This document shows positions 1-14,200 of a stretch of 64,000 nt of DNA, one piece after another; positions within the stretch are counted from its first letter, which is position 1; each line of letters starts with the position of its first letter. Made by a program: the position numbers and the translations under genes. Below the pieces are notes generated by a model. It saw nothing but the letters and a program-made list of their open reading frames with translations. It ran no database searches and was not told the origin of the DNA. Where the stretch lies: positions 9,754-73,753 of the forward strand of contig JAAOMT010000223.1 in the NCBI GenBank assembly GCA_016748015.1, in the 5' to 3' direction. This DNA is from Geosiphon pyriformis uo1. Its lineage: Eukaryota; Fungi; Glomeromycota.

Positions 1-329
1 ATTCGAAAAGCATGAAATATCTAAACAGCCGAATTTTCAGTATTTTTTTGATCAAGTAAAAAACTCGGAGGTAAATTTTATTTACTTCTGAGCAGATTAT
101 TTTACTGCCCAAAATAAACTATGACTGAGTGAAAAATTTTGATCATAAAAGTCTAATATACCAAAAAATAATAATTTTAATAAAGATCTTTAGAAGTTAG
201 CTTTCACTATTGTATTCCTTATATTACAATATAGGATATAATAATAGTATGATAAAAAACATATTTATTATTTATTGTTTATATTATTTGATAAAACTCC
301 AATCCCATAATGAGAAAATATTGCGTTTC

Positions 330-330
<1 letters not shown>

Positions 331-363
<33 letters not shown>
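331..363. repeat. (AAT)11 microsatellite
   Basis: Perfect AAT run. Similar runs lie at ~2987-3090 and, as (TAT)n, at ~63288-63324. Confidence 0.95.
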
Positions 364-1514
364 TAATATTATAATGATACCCTGATTTGGAATAACTATT
401 ATTCAATTATTTTACTTAGAATCACAAACACATATTCCAAAATTTTTTTTAATTGTTCTTTGTTTTGTATACTGAGATAAGGTAAAGAAAAAATCAAAAA
501 CTTCAAAATATGATTTTATATACACTCGAATTTTATTTTTATTATTATAAAAATAAGTTTAAACAGCCATAAACTAACATCATATTTGCTCATATTTATT
601 TGATAAATATGAGCAAATATGCATTAATGAAAATGGTTAGTTTTGTAAATTAAATGGTTTAATTTTAATAATTTAAAAACTTTTTTAATATGGTTTAAGA
701 TTTAAACCACTATTATTTTTCTTATTTTCTATCAACAAAATTGCATGCTATAAGTTAATAAAATAATTTTTTTTACCTTTTACAATATTGAAGTTAGTAG
801 TGGCAAAATTCCCAAAATACACGTTAATTATAATGAATATTTAATATTTAAATATCATTGATAAGAAAATGTTCTATAATAATAAATAGCCCTCATAGTC
901 AAAAAATTATATGATTCAAAATAACCATTTTTCAAATCTCATTAAAAGATATTTTTCAACACAAAATTCATTTAATTCAGATTTAAAAATTGATAAATAA
1001 AATTTTCTTATGTTACAGTTTGGGAATAAAAGTGAAATATTTGAGAAACCTACTCTCTCAAACACAATATAAAAGCACAAATTTTGTACTTATTAATAGT
1101 ACACGTTCATTTCAACAATAAAATAATAATAGTGCAAATATATGAAAGGTACATAAAACGCCAGAAAAAACTTAGAATTTCATTCTTAACTAGTTAAAAT
1201 TAAACATATTTTTTAAACAGAACTTGATTGTGAGAAGTCTGTCTTCCANNNNNNNNNNNNNNNNNNNNCTCTCAATTTAAAACTATTATTCAATTTAGAA
1301 AATGAATTTTTTTATTTGCATATGTGATTTTATTAATTGAAAATTGAACATTTTAAACCATTATTATTATTAAACTAAAAATTTGGTGAAAGAAGCTCTT
1401 CGATCTCTTTAAATCTGATTGCATTTAGATTCGACCGGAAAAAAATTTATCATAAATTACTAATGATTAATCTTAAATTTAGTCAAATTGATTGTTTTGC
1501 TTTAAATTCTTCCT

Positions 1515-1552
<38 letters not shown>
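1515..1552. repeat. (AATC)9 microsatellite
   Basis: Nine perfect AATC units. Confidence 0.95.
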
Positions 1553-1807
1553 GTTACAAATGTTGAACTTTGTACAACAAGAAATGAATCTAATAAATTT
1601 CTAATATTAATTTTCTGAAGAAAATGTCAATCACTTTAGCTGAAATTATTAAAAAGGGATTTTTTTCTAAAAACTTAAAAAAACTTTAAAATAAATGGTT
1701 TTAAATTATTTAGAACCTTTCACTAACCTCTTTAATAGAAATTATCTTTAAATTGTACTTATTGAATCTAATATTTGAACAAGACGCACCCAAAATTTTT
1801 TTTTATT

Positions 1808-2150
1808 NNNNNNNNNNNNNNNNNNNNNNNNNNNNNNNNNNNNNNNNNNNNNNNNNNNNNNNNNNNNNNNNNNNNNNNNNNNNNNNNNNNNNNNNNNNNN
1901 NNNNNNNNNNNNNNNNNNNNNNNNNNNNNNNNNNNNNNNNNNNNNNNNNNNNNNNNNNNNNNNNNNNNNNNNNNNNNNNNNNNNNNNNNNNNNNNNNNNN
2001 NNNNNNNNNNNNNNNNNNNNNNNNNNNNNNNNNNNNNNNNNNNNNNNNNNNNNNNNNNNNNNNNNNNNNNNNNNNNNNNNNNNNNNNNNNNNNNNNNNNN
2101 NNNNNNNNNNNNNNNNNNNNNNNNNNNNNNNNNNNNNNNNNNNNNNNNNN
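1808..2150. other. Assembly gap (N run); other gaps at 1249-1268, 57303-57360, 57878-58199
   Basis: Runs of N. The two gaps in the kinase gene do not preserve frame, so their lengths are estimates. Confidence 0.95.
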
Positions 2151-2985
2151 CTTATGTTATGTTTTAAGTGATCGAGAAAATTGGTACTTTTTTTTAAAAA
2201 AAACGACATCAAAAGCTTTAGCGTTTTCCGTTAACTGATAAAAAAAACTTCAAATTTAAGTTGTTATCTTAAAAACTCTTATGCCTTACCCTATCACTGA
2301 AAAATTGAGTTTTAAAGGGCCATAAAATATAAAAGTATTCTTCTAATCAATTTATATAAATCAAATTTGGCTTTAATCATATATAAATTATTATGGTTTT
2401 ATATATATTATAAAAGTTAGATTCTTAACGACAAGTTATAAGCATTCAAAAAAAAAATCGCAGCAAAAAACAATGTCGTGTAGAAATAACGAGCTAATTT
2501 TACATATCTTGATTCTCCCTTTTAATAATCATTGCGAGTATAACGTTAAATTATTTAACGAGTTATATATTTAAATACTTAAAAATTTTATCCTTGGAAC
2601 ACATGCCTTGAATTTCCATATGATAAGGTATTCCCTTTAAAATATTGTAACGAAAAATACTACACAGCTTTGGTGTGTAAATTTTTAAAATCACTTTTTT
2701 TATTGGTCTTAACATTAAATTTCTGAATCATTATCTTTAATTTCTCACATTTAGAAGATAATTCTCAAATCGGAACATTTCTCATATATAAAAAATAGAA
2801 TAAATGCGGAAATTAATTTGCTAAATAGGGTTAAAGGAAATATTTTAATGTATTGAGAGCATGGTTTATATTAGCTAAAATTATTAAGAAAAGATATGAT
2901 TAGTGAAATGTAAAAATACCAAAAAGTTGTTTTACTATTAATGTCAATTTTTAATGCAAACTTTTAAATTAAGTCATAGAATTCT

Positions 2986-3037
<52 letters not shown>

Positions 3038-4145
3038 GTAATATTTTGAATATTTTTAAATAATAATAATAATAATAGTAATAATAATAATGTAAAACTT
3101 TCATATAATTTTATTATTAAAAATTATCTAATTATTTAATTTTAAAACATAAATTGTTATTATTTAATTAAAATATAAATATTAATATATTTATCGATTT
3201 TTTTAATTTTCATTATTTTTATTTTTATTTATTTATTATTTTTAAAAAATTATTTAATTATTTATTATCAAATTCAATATTTCAATAAATTCCTAATTAA
3301 ATATTTGATTATCTTAGCAAACTTTGGTTATGAATATTATTTTTTTATTACAATCAAAATTTTTTTTCTTCCATATCTCAGAATATAATGTATAAAAAAA
3401 TATTTTGTTTTTCAGCCATAAAAATAGAAAATTTCTTCAATATTATAATAAAATATAAAATTAAATCTTTTAATTAAACATATTTTAAATAACCTACGAG
3501 TTTTGAGAACATTATTAGTTTAAATTTGATTGAAATTTTTTTTTAAAAATACAAACTCAAAATTTTATGTGAACAGAGCAAAAAGTACTTAAGTTACACT
3601 TTGTAGAATATAGAAATTTTCAATTTCAATTCAAAAAACAAGAAGAAAGTTTTCCATTCTAAATAATAAGAAAATTTAATTTTGAATTATGAAAAAATAC
3701 CTTCGTTTTAAAAAATAAGATTTAAAAGAAATCATTTATATTTTGATTGCAACTTTGGATATTTATATTGTTTTATTTCGATGCCCTGTAAAAAACTAAA
3801 ACACCAGTTAAAGTTTATAATCTCAATTAACGGGAATAGCAATTATGCATTTAAAAGTTATATTTCTGAAGCTATTCAGCTAAAAACGTTTTATGGTTCT
3901 AGCCTGTGATAAAAATCTAAAATTTAGAAATTACTTTCTGTTAAAAACAACTTTTAAGTTCGAAAACATTCTTAATGTTTAAAATAGATTAAATTATATT
4001 CTTTTCACTTTATTGTGAAGCTCAAAGTAGTAGAATATTCTGCCAGTGAAAATTTTTTAAATAGTAGTCTTCAGAATATGTTTAATCAAATTGAATAATA
4101 CCAATTTATAATTTGAAAAACTTCATACTCCTCAGAAAAGAAATT

Positions 4146-4710
4146 CATCTCTTTGATTTTCTAATCCAGGCATGAGCTAACCAGTTCCTTTCATTTTGAT
4201 TAAACTTTCTTATCAAGTTTTCTCTTTTTATTTGCTTCCAGAGATGATTTAGAGGTATTTTTTTTCTCTTTGGTATCAAATTCTCGGTCTTTAAATCAAG
4301 GTATTGCTTCTTGTTGCTTCCTACCTATCTATCCACCTCAACATTCGACTTTCTTTTCTTAAAGTCATCAATATTTAATTTTCAGTTGCTGTTATTTAAC
4401 ATATTAAAAAATTTGATATGAAATATTACCTGTATCCTTTCGATGGCTTAATATCAGCTGCTGATTTTACACAATGAGCCTCAATTTCAATAAAGTTGCT
4501 GTTGTCAATTAAAACAACTAGCTCTAAAGATAAGGGTTTACGAGATACTCTACTGGAAAAGAAAGAAGCCATGGAATCCAGGTATTTGGTTGAAGATTTG
4601 AGATATGACTACTTATTTACAACAAAAGCCCTTGGTTCTTTCTGTCTTTCCTTTTGCTCTCTCTCTTCGTTTTTATATAAGGTGAGTTTCGCTGGGTACT
4701 GTACTTGTTT
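4146..4710 (-). pseudogene. Intron-containing gene relic of unknown function (basic, Lys/Arg-rich)
   Basis: Minus strand reads QYPAKLTLYKNEEREQKERQKEPRAFVVNK*SYLKSS...KPSKRIQ, then a gtaat...ttaag intron (~4430-4359), then KRKSNVEVDR*VGSNKK...WIRKSKR*. Two in-frame stops. Confidence 0.4.
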
Positions 4711-4980
4711 AAAAGTTAAAACATTAAAAAATATATTTTTTCAGAAGGATTTTTTAAGATTATTGTGAATCACCTCTATAATTATCTTGGAATTGTCGCA
4801 TGCACATTTTTTTTCTTAAACAATAACAAATACAAACTCTATCATGTGACATTACTCATATATACTTGTTTTTTTTTATAGATGACTTATTTACAACAAA
4901 AGTGCTTCGTTCTTCTTTCCTGTCCTTCCTTTTGCTCTCTCTTTTTGTTTTTGTGTAACTTTTTCAAAGTGAGTTTTACT

Positions 4981-6420
4981 GGAAGGTCTATCAAATTTTC
5001 AATAAAAGTTGGCTGTGGTCTTCTTAATGATAGAAAATAAATGCTTTTAACAAACTTTTTGTGGCACACCAGATGATGTAATATTTATTAGGTTCTCAAT
5101 AAAAGTTGGCTGTGGTTTTCTTAATAATAAAAAAAGAATGTTTCTAACAAATCTTTTGCAGAACACCAAATGATTAAAGATCTATTAAGTGCTTAACAAA
5201 AGTTGGTTGTGGTTTTCTAAACAATAAAAGAGGAATGTTTTCAACAAATCATTTGTAATAAACCAGATAATTGAAGATTTATCAGGTGCTCAATAAAAGT
5301 TGGCTGTAGTTTTTTAAACAATAGAAAAAAAATGTTTTCAACAAACTTCTTGCAACACACCAAATAATAAAAGATCTATTAAGTGCTTAATAAAAGTTGG
5401 CATAATCTTCTAAACAATAGAAGAGAAATGTTTTTAACAAACTTCTTGTGGCTTATTAGATGATTAAAAGTCAATCAAATGTTCAATAAAAGAGAAATGT
5501 TTTCAATAAATTTTTTGCAATACACCAAATAATAAAGGATTTATTAAATGCTTAATAGAAGTTGATTGTAATCTTCTAAATAAAAAAAAATGTTTTTAAC
5601 AAATCTTTTACAGCATACCAAATAATAAAAAATTTATTAGGTACTTAATAAAAGTTGGTTATAATTTTCTAAATAATCGAAAAAAAATATTGTTAATAGA
5701 TTTTTTATAGCATATTAAATAATTGAAGGTTTATTAGATGCTTAATAAAAGTTGGTCATAGTTTTTTTAACAATAAAAGAGAATTTTTCCAACAAATTTT
5801 TTATAATATATTAGATAATAGAAAATTTATTAGATGCTTAACAAAAGTTGGTTATAATCTTTTAAATGATAAAAAAGAAATGTTTTGAACAAATTTTTTA
5901 CAATATACTAGAAAATTGAAAGTCTATTAAATGTTTAACAAAAGTTGGTTATGGTTTTTTAAATAATAAAAGAGAAATATTTTCAACAAATTTTTTGTGG
6001 CATATCAGATAATAGAAGATCTATTAAGTGCTTAACAAAAGTTAACTGTAGTTTTCTTAATAATAGAAGAGAAATGTTTTTAACAAACTTTTTATAATAT
6101 ATTAAATAATAAAAAGTTTAATGAAAGTTGATCATAGTTTTTTTAACAATAGAAAAAAAATGTTTTCAACAAATTTCTTATAACATATTAGATAATTAAA
6201 GATTTATCAGATGTTTAAATAAAAGTCAATTATAGTTTTTTTAACAATAAAAAAGAAATGTTTTTAACAAATTTTTTACAACACATTAGATAATAAAAAA
6301 TTGATCAAATATTCAATAAAAGTTGGCTGTGGTTTTTTTATTAATAAAAAAAATTGTTGCTAACAGATTTTTGTGGCACATCAAATAACAAAAAATCTAA
6401 ACAGTATTAAACTAAAAGTT
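4981..6420. repeat. Tandem array of ~15 copies of a 97-bp unit
   Basis: AAYAAAAGTTGG-type anchor at 5001, 5098, 5195, 5292, 5389, 5485, 5554, 5647, 5744, 5840, 5937, 6034, 6120, 6218, 6315. Copies differ mainly by C>T/G>A and a few deletions. Confidence 0.93.
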
Positions 6421-6539
6421 TATTGTATATTGTTATTACTTACTAATGGATTCAAAAATTTCTTGAATTTTATTGCTTAATTAGAATTCAGAAAAATTTA
6501 CTTGTTGACTAAAGCCTAAAGCCTAAAGTTTTTTTAAAT

Positions 6540-9250
6540 CTTCCAATTAGTATGCTTTTAAAATTCTTAACACCAATAATTCTAGTCTATAAAACTTAGA
6601 AGATATAATATTTTTGGCCACTTTATTATTTTAATACTATGCTTTTAAAAAAATAACATTAGCTATAAAACATACTATTCTACTAAGTAGTTGCTATATT
6701 CTATTAAAATTAGCTTTTTTTTGCAATTATCAAAGTTTTTAGCAGTAATCAAAGCAGCAGCCAATAATAAATTCTTAAACTTTTTCCAAACTTTTTTATT
6801 AATCTTACAGATCTTGTATTTTTATCTATTTTTAGTAAGTTTTTTATGTATTAAATTAAGTTAAGAACTAAAAATTTTTTTCAAACCAATGTCTATTAAT
6901 ATAACAAAATAATTAATATTAAAAAATTCATCTGAATAGTAAACTTGTTAATTAAAAAACAAATTTTAAATACTACTATTAATTAAAACAAAGTTTATGT
7001 ATTTTTTAATTTTTTTAAAATTAAACTATATAGAAAGTTTATACAATAAAAAACTATTGAGAAAATTAAATAAACTTATATTTAAAAATTTTCTAAAATT
7101 TATACTGTAACCAGAATCATTTTTATTAAAGTTATTACCAAGAACTACATATATACTACTATTTAAAGCTTTAACTACTATATAATTAATGTTATAAAAC
7201 TGAACTAATCTTTTCAAATTTACTCATAATTTAAAGACAAATCTTATATTTTAGGTTTGTTTTTGTTATAATAGATACAAAATTGCTCTTATTTTTATGT
7301 TAAAAAATAAAATTTTCTTGCTTAACAAAAGAATTTATCTCCTTAATATTATATGTAGTAATTTTTCAAATGAGATTGGTTATTAAAAAAAACAAATGCC
7401 TAAAACTAAACCAAAATTGTTTACTTTGGCCAAAAGCTCCAAAATCATATCTAACAATTTTTTTATATTATTTTTCAATTTTAAAAAACTTGATAAATTT
7501 AAAAGCACTGCTTTAACAACAGTTTTATTGTTAATAATTATATCTAAATTCTTATTTATTATTATATTTACTTTTTAATTTTGTAATAAAAAAATTATTA
7601 ACAATTAATATTCAGAGTTAAACTGAAAAACTATTGACTTAAGTGTATTTAAATTCTTAGTCAGCTAACTAATTTACTCTACAAAACTAGCAAAAATGTG
7701 CTCAAAAACAGTAAACTTATTATTGATTTTTAACATAACTGGTAAAAAAGACTTTATTTCTATAGAAAAATAAATTTTTGAAGACTTATTATACAGAAAA
7801 AAGAGAAAAATAAGAAACTATTAACAACTTTTGCCCAAAAAACTCTACCAAAAAAAACTGAATGTTTAATGTAAATAGTAACAAATTTGTTTTTATTTGC
7901 TTTTAAAAGAATTTTATAAAAAAATCTATTTAAAAAAACTCTTTTATTATTAGTATAATTAATTAATACATGATTTAATTTTTTATATTTAGCATACTTG
8001 GTTATATCCAAATAAAACCAGTACAGATTGCACCTTTTAGAACTGATGTAGTATTTATGATAGCATTTAATAAGTTAACAGAATTAAAACAAATTACTAT
8101 ATATTTGGCTTAAGCATATATAACAGAATAACAATTAATTACACATGTTTTCTCATCCACAAATTTAATAAAGTTCTAAATATTATGTGTATTTGTTTTT
8201 ATTAACAATATATAGAACAGTGTTTTATTATAATTCTTTGTGTTTTATGTTTTTTTTGTTTATATTAGTTTTAGACAATTTTTATAAAATTTTTTCTAAT
8301 TAAGATAGCCTATTTTGTTGTGGTCAAATCAACATAATCAAATTGTTCAAATTTAATCATAGTCTTTTATTATATTCTTATTAATTGTATTTTAATTAAC
8401 ACAATTATCCCAAATTCAAATAGTACAGTATATATAGTCTTAGCTAATGTCTTAATTAGTATTTTCTTAACTATTACAGTTTAATTTAAATACTTAGCAA
8501 ATTTTCTGAAATTGGTATTTACTAAGATGTTTGTAGTTCTTGTCTTTTTTATTGCTCATGTTAAATTTAATTCGAAAGTAAATAATATATAAATAATCTT
8601 AGCAAATTTTAAGGAAATAGAAACTTCTTTAAAATTATTAATTTCAAAAAACAAATTTCTGATTATTTTTAACTTTTTTTAAAAAAACTTTTTTATTATA
8701 GCATCTAAACTAATATTTAAAATAAATGATTTTCTAACAGACATATTGATTAAATTTTTTTAAAAAAAAACAGAATTACAGAAATATCTAAAAGAACATT
8801 ATTTTTATTTTTATTTATAAACTTAATCTTTTTCAAATATGTGTTTAATGCTTTTTTGGTTATTAATCTAGGTTTTTTAGATGTTTAATTTATATTGTTT
8901 TTATTCAAAATATTTCTTTTGTTGTAATTACACTGGTTTTTTCTACTAAAAATTCTTTTTTTATATCAATACTATTAAATTAAATAGTATTATTGGCCTT
9001 AGAATTCCAAGAACAATTAATTACTTCCTTGACAAACAACTTTTTATTAATAATACTATTTTTTAAAACATTATATTTTCTTTTTTTCCTAAAAAAACAT
9101 TCTTATTAACAATATTAAAGTTAGAGTTTCTGGTAAATTTCTTTATAATAGCAATATTAAAACCAATAATAATATTGTAATTGAATAAAAATAGTTTTGA
9201 TTTATCAAATTAAATAGTATATAATAATAACTAAAAACTTTTTTATTAAA
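6540..9250 (-). mobile_element. LINE copy D: highly decayed, 3'-truncated (ORF1 plus AP endonuclease part of ORF2)
   Basis: Colinear with LINE A and B. ORF1/ORF2 junction near 7380 reads (M)TNLI*KITTYNI; SSKFYRLELLV near 6570-6600 matches SFRFHKLELLV of copy B. Confidence 0.75.
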
Positions 9251-10265
9251 ATTAAAACTTTTTGATGATTATTAAAATAAATAAAAGCAAAAAGTTAATA
9301 AATTTAATTAAAAAAATATATTATAAATAGTATAAATTTTAATTAAATACTTATTTAAAAACAAGTTTTAAAAATTTAAAAATTATTTATTAAATCAATT
9401 TTTAATAAAAAACAAATTAAACAGAAAAACCAAAAATTAAGTTCAATAAAATTTAAATTATTTTTGTTGTGTTTTAAACAATATTTTTTTAATTATTATA
9501 TTAAATATAAATAATTATTTACATAAAAAAAAATTTTGACTACTTTATAAAAAAACTACTTATTTATTATAAATTTGAGTAAATAGATAATAAAAAAAAA
9601 TTATTAAAAATAATCGAAATAATAATAAAAAAATTTAATTAAAACAGTAAATTAAATTTGTAAAAATTAATATACATAATTAATCTTAAAATTATAACTG
9701 TTTAATTTTTCTAAAGAATTTAAAATAATAATAATTGTTTATTATTAGTAATAAAATAATGTTATTATTATTATTTTATGTTTTATTTACTTATTTTTAG
9801 AATTAATAATAAAATTTTTAAAATTTTATTTACAAAAATTAACTTGTTTAATAAAGTTATAGTTAAATTTATTAGTGTTTTAAAAATTTAAATTATTTTT
9901 TTATTGATTAGTAAAAATAAATACCAAAATTTTTTTAAATTAAAAGCATTATTATTATTATTTTGTTTAAAAATTCACAAAACTATAATATATGTCTTTT
10001 AAATAATAAAAATAATAAATTAATAATTTTGTAAAAAATATAAAGTATTAATAGAAAGTTATTAAACTTAAATATATAGATATGTTTAAAATAAAAAAAA
10101 CAATTATATTATATAGGAATACGACAGGAGGTAAAAACTCTGATTATTGTTATAATTTAAATAGTAAATTTATACTGATAAATCAAAGATCTGAAACGTC
10201 ATTGACACAAACCAAACATATATTAGGCCATATCTTCCCAAACCATAACAAACACGCAAAACACC

Positions 10266-10365
10266 ATGTCTGAAGATATTAAATGTGAATTAGAATACGT
10301 TAAGACCCAGTATGGGAGATGCGTGGAGAAGCTGAAGGAGTTTAGGAAGGGTGAGAAGGGAGATA
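10266..10365 (+). pseudogene. 5' end (codons 1-33) of the Crinkler-like kinase gene, separated from the rest by the inversion
   Basis: ATG at 10266 gives MSEDIKCELEYVKTQYGRCVEKLKEFRKGEKGD; GC- and CpG-richer than the flanks; joins in frame to RLEELKRNLR at 58691(-). Confidence 0.8.
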
Positions 10366-10858
10366 AAATTCAATTGTATTTGAGAAAGAGTTTAGTGGTG
10401 GGTTTTTTTATTCTCCATTATTGAATATTTGAGTTGTTCACATGCACATTTGTTAAGAATTTGTGGTCAGTCTGTTTATTTTTTAGGAAGTTTTTTTAGC
10501 TCGCATGACTTCATACATGTATTACAGAAGAATGTAAACATTCAATAGTTATGAAAATCTTACTGTTTGTATATCCTAACTTTTTTGCTGAAATAATCCC
10601 TCCTTTTTGGTATTCAGAAAGTTTTTTTCCAAGACACATTTGATGTGGTAAATTTTTTCATGACAAAAATGTTTGATATTTTATATATACACGTATAATC
10701 TACTGTTGTGTTTTACAAAGACACGATTTATGTTGATTTGTAGATTATAACTATAAGTAATTATAAAAAAAATTATGGCTTAAATTGGTAATAGTATTAC
10801 AATATATAGCCTTTTTTGTATATTATATTAAGTGTCCAATACTTTTTATACCTCTTTA
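10363..10858 (-). mobile_element. 5' half of a Tc1/mariner element (TIR plus N-terminal HTH region)
   Basis: TIR at 10830-10858 followed by TA. ATG at 10639 gives MCLGKKLSEYQKGGIISAKKLGY..., then after a frameshift TD*PQILNK (decayed GRP motif)...TLSQIQLNF. Confidence 0.88.
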
Positions 10859-11230
10859 TAAATCTATTTATATTAAGACTAATGTTTTAAAAACAGTTAA
10901 ATAACTAATTAAATTAGTTAGTAATAGTATTATATTATTTAAAATTGGTTAAAAAATTTTTTTTTTAAGTAAATTTTCTTTTAGAATATTAATATAATAT
11001 AATTTGATTTGATTTAAATAATTAATTATATGTAAAAAACATATAAATTGTATTTAATCTTAAGATACTTAATTTGTTTCTAATTTTTAAATAGTAATTA
11101 GGCTGTATTCATTAAATACATAATAAATTTTTTTGAAGTAATACTAATTATTTTTATATAATTAAATTATCATATATTAAAATTAATTTACATATTAATA
11201 ATATATAATTAGCTATTTAAATTTATATAT

Positions 11231-14200
11231 ATTTTTTTTTATTAAAAATTTAACAAGTGCAGTCTAACTACTACCTAAGTACATAAAACCAAATAAGATT
11301 TTAAATTAAGCATGGCTTATGTATTTTCTAGACATGACCAGCCACTCAGATTAATTAAGACAATACTATACACTCAATCTATTTACCACTAGGAAGCTAT
11401 GCAAAAAGCTAAAATGCATGCTCACCAAATCAAGATGTAAACCAAAACAAACATGAATGCCCAACCTAATACCAAACTCACAAATCAACTTATAAGACTA
11501 TAGAGATGTCAAACCAAGAACCACCAAAACCACAAATTTATTCTTTAGTAAAAAGCCGTGTTTTTTGTAATGTGCTCTCAATTTAGTATTAAGCACTTAA
11601 ATAAAAGATCAGTAATCTTTAGCAAAGCCATAAACCATATTAATAACCATCAACCCTCCATCAGACCTAGGACTCAATAGACCCACCATATCAGCTATTT
11701 AATCTTTCATCACAAAACTCTTAGCCAAAGCCATATATAAGGAATCTGAAAACTTAGCTTCTTACAAGAATTGAATTACCAAGCATTCAGCATTATCAAT
11801 ACTTATCAAGTCAAGTTCTAATAGTATTAGAAATTAACTTTTTCTTGGCATTAATGTCCTAAGTACACAAAAACAAGTGATTAGAATCCTTAACTAAACT
11901 ACATCAAATGCACAAAACACTAGAATAGCTTGGCTTGTACAGTCTTTTTTTCTTGGCTGTAGACAGTTAATAATAAACAGCTTTCATAAAGTAGGATTTC
12001 AAAGAAGCAGAGGCAGAGCTAGAGAAACCAGAACAAATATTACCATCAGAATGCCAAACTCTAAAGATTTAATGCATATCTAAATAGTTAGCAAAATTCA
12101 TGTCCACAAATCTACTTGCACATTTGTATTTTCAGTCAATAAAACTAACAGCATTAAACAGACACTATATAAAGTGACGAGCATTCTCAAAGACAGGTCT
12201 GCTCTTAACAGAAAAAAAACTATGCACCATGCCAACAGATAACACAAACTTAGACTTGATTGCAACATTTGCAAAGAAATTAGCATGCTTATTTCCAATG
12301 ACATTAGAGTAACCCTTAACCTTATTTTACTTAATTGACAGACTCTTAGAAGCAATAGTGGACTGAATGTGTTTTCTTTCAATTCAGCATTTCTCATGAA
12401 AATTGGGGCCAGTAAAGCCACTTAATGAAGCACACATATCCAAAGATGCCTAGCTATCTGAGTATAAAACTACCAAGCTTAAAACAAGAATGCAGTCTAA
12501 AGCAAAAATGATGGTCTGCATCTCTATAAAAGTTGAAAAAAACAAACCGAATATCTTAATTTCAATATTCAATGTCTGAAAAATAAGCAGTGGCACCACC
12601 ACAGGTGCCTACTAATTCCAAACCCTTAACTGACTTATCTGTGTAAATATTTATTACATTAGCTCTAATTTTTAATAATACTCTTACTAACAAAACCAAA
12701 ATCACATGAGCTTATACTGAAAGTAAAGTGGCAATTCAAAACACCACTATTAACTAAGCCACCACTCTCGATAAAAAAAACTGTAATGACAAACCAATTA
12801 GAAACATGACCTCTGAGGTCCAGTTTTTTCTATCTACAAAAAGTGTCCCAAGAGAAGCACAAGCCATAATGGTCTAAAAACTAATTTGCAAAAATGATGT
12901 CAAATCTTCTTAGCAACTCAATAACACTCAAATAATGTTCCACATTTAAGACATCTGCAACAAAAATGCCTTTGCTAGACTAAAAAACATTAGGTATATT
13001 ATTAACTAAAAAAGACTTATATAAAGCCAATGTGTTGGTTATGCCAGCCAGAAAGCAATTGATTGAATCAATTAATAATTTGACCAGAAAACTAAAGAAC
13101 TGTTGGGGCATCCAACTGGTGGCTTGGAAATCTATGGCTCTATGTTCAAACAACCTGCCAAAGATGCCCTCTGAATTGGCAAAATTAACCAAATTAGCCA
13201 GCAAACACTTAGCTTGCAACTGTCTGAAAAATTTGAGACCATACAACTCAGAATAAAACAGAGCTTTATTGGGAAAATTTTTGGGTAAGTTAGCTTTGAG
13301 CTTCAGACTTTTTTTAAGCAATCTGTTTTATTTTTCACACATATTTGCTAAAACACAACTGAATTGCAATCTATAATTAATAATAGATTGAAACACAACA
13401 AATACCAGATACAAAAATTGTTTATCTGAAACAGTCTTTCTCAACACCAGATTTGTAAAAAACTTAACATCTGAATGAGTCTTAATAATGCTAAGTTTGA
13501 AAAGACCATTAGTGGACAAAAAAATACTCAAATACCTATGAGTTTCATGCCTTTTTGCTATTGAAATACTGGAGTCACTAATTAGCAGCCAAAAATATCC
13601 TATCCTCTGATTGATGAAAATAACAACAGTTTTGTCTATATTGATAAAAATATCATTGATTTAAAAAAACTCACTAGCAATGTCCAAAATATTTTGAATA
13701 GTGGCTATGCCATTTCCAATACAAATTGTGTTATCCACAAAAGCCCCAGTCACCAAAAAAGATGTTTTGCCACCTTTGGGATCCAGTCTGCCTGATTTAA
13801 TAAAAAATTTCGAATCCAGCCTATAACCATATGTACTCTCATGTCTTTTAACTTCACAAAATAAAGAGTCATAAAAAATTCTCCACAAAAGTGGTGAGAA
13901 AACTTCCCCTTGGTCCAAACCATCATGAACAACATAACCATCTATAAGACCAAAATCTGTTATAACTTGATTGACATGGCCAATGTAAATATTTCAGAAA
14001 AACTCAATAAAATGGAGACACATCTTGATCCTAGACAAACTATTCCACAGATGAAACCACCCAACAGAATTATATATCTTTCTTATGTTCTGGAGAATCA
14101 GCCACAACTCTCTATTTTTCTTCAGTGCATCCTTAATTATAGAACTAACAGCAAAAATAGGAGCCCGAGTTATTGTACTCTTAAGAACTGAGAAGTTATT

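Noticed and set aside
1748-2238. ORFs spanning N runs (also the + strand ORFs at 57239-58235)
   Set aside because: Artefacts of translating through gaps.
4981-6420. CRISPR-like array
   Set aside because: The whole unit is repeated, there are no unique spacers or cas genes, and the context is eukaryotic.
10082-10273. 63-aa ORF upstream of the kinase start
   Set aside because: No motif; more likely promoter/5'UTR of the gene starting at 10266.
10350-10380. Recombinase-type inverted repeats at the inversion breakpoints
   Set aside because: No similarity beyond the 3-bp ATA/TAT and no recombinase gene in the window, so a programmed switch is not supported by sequence alone.
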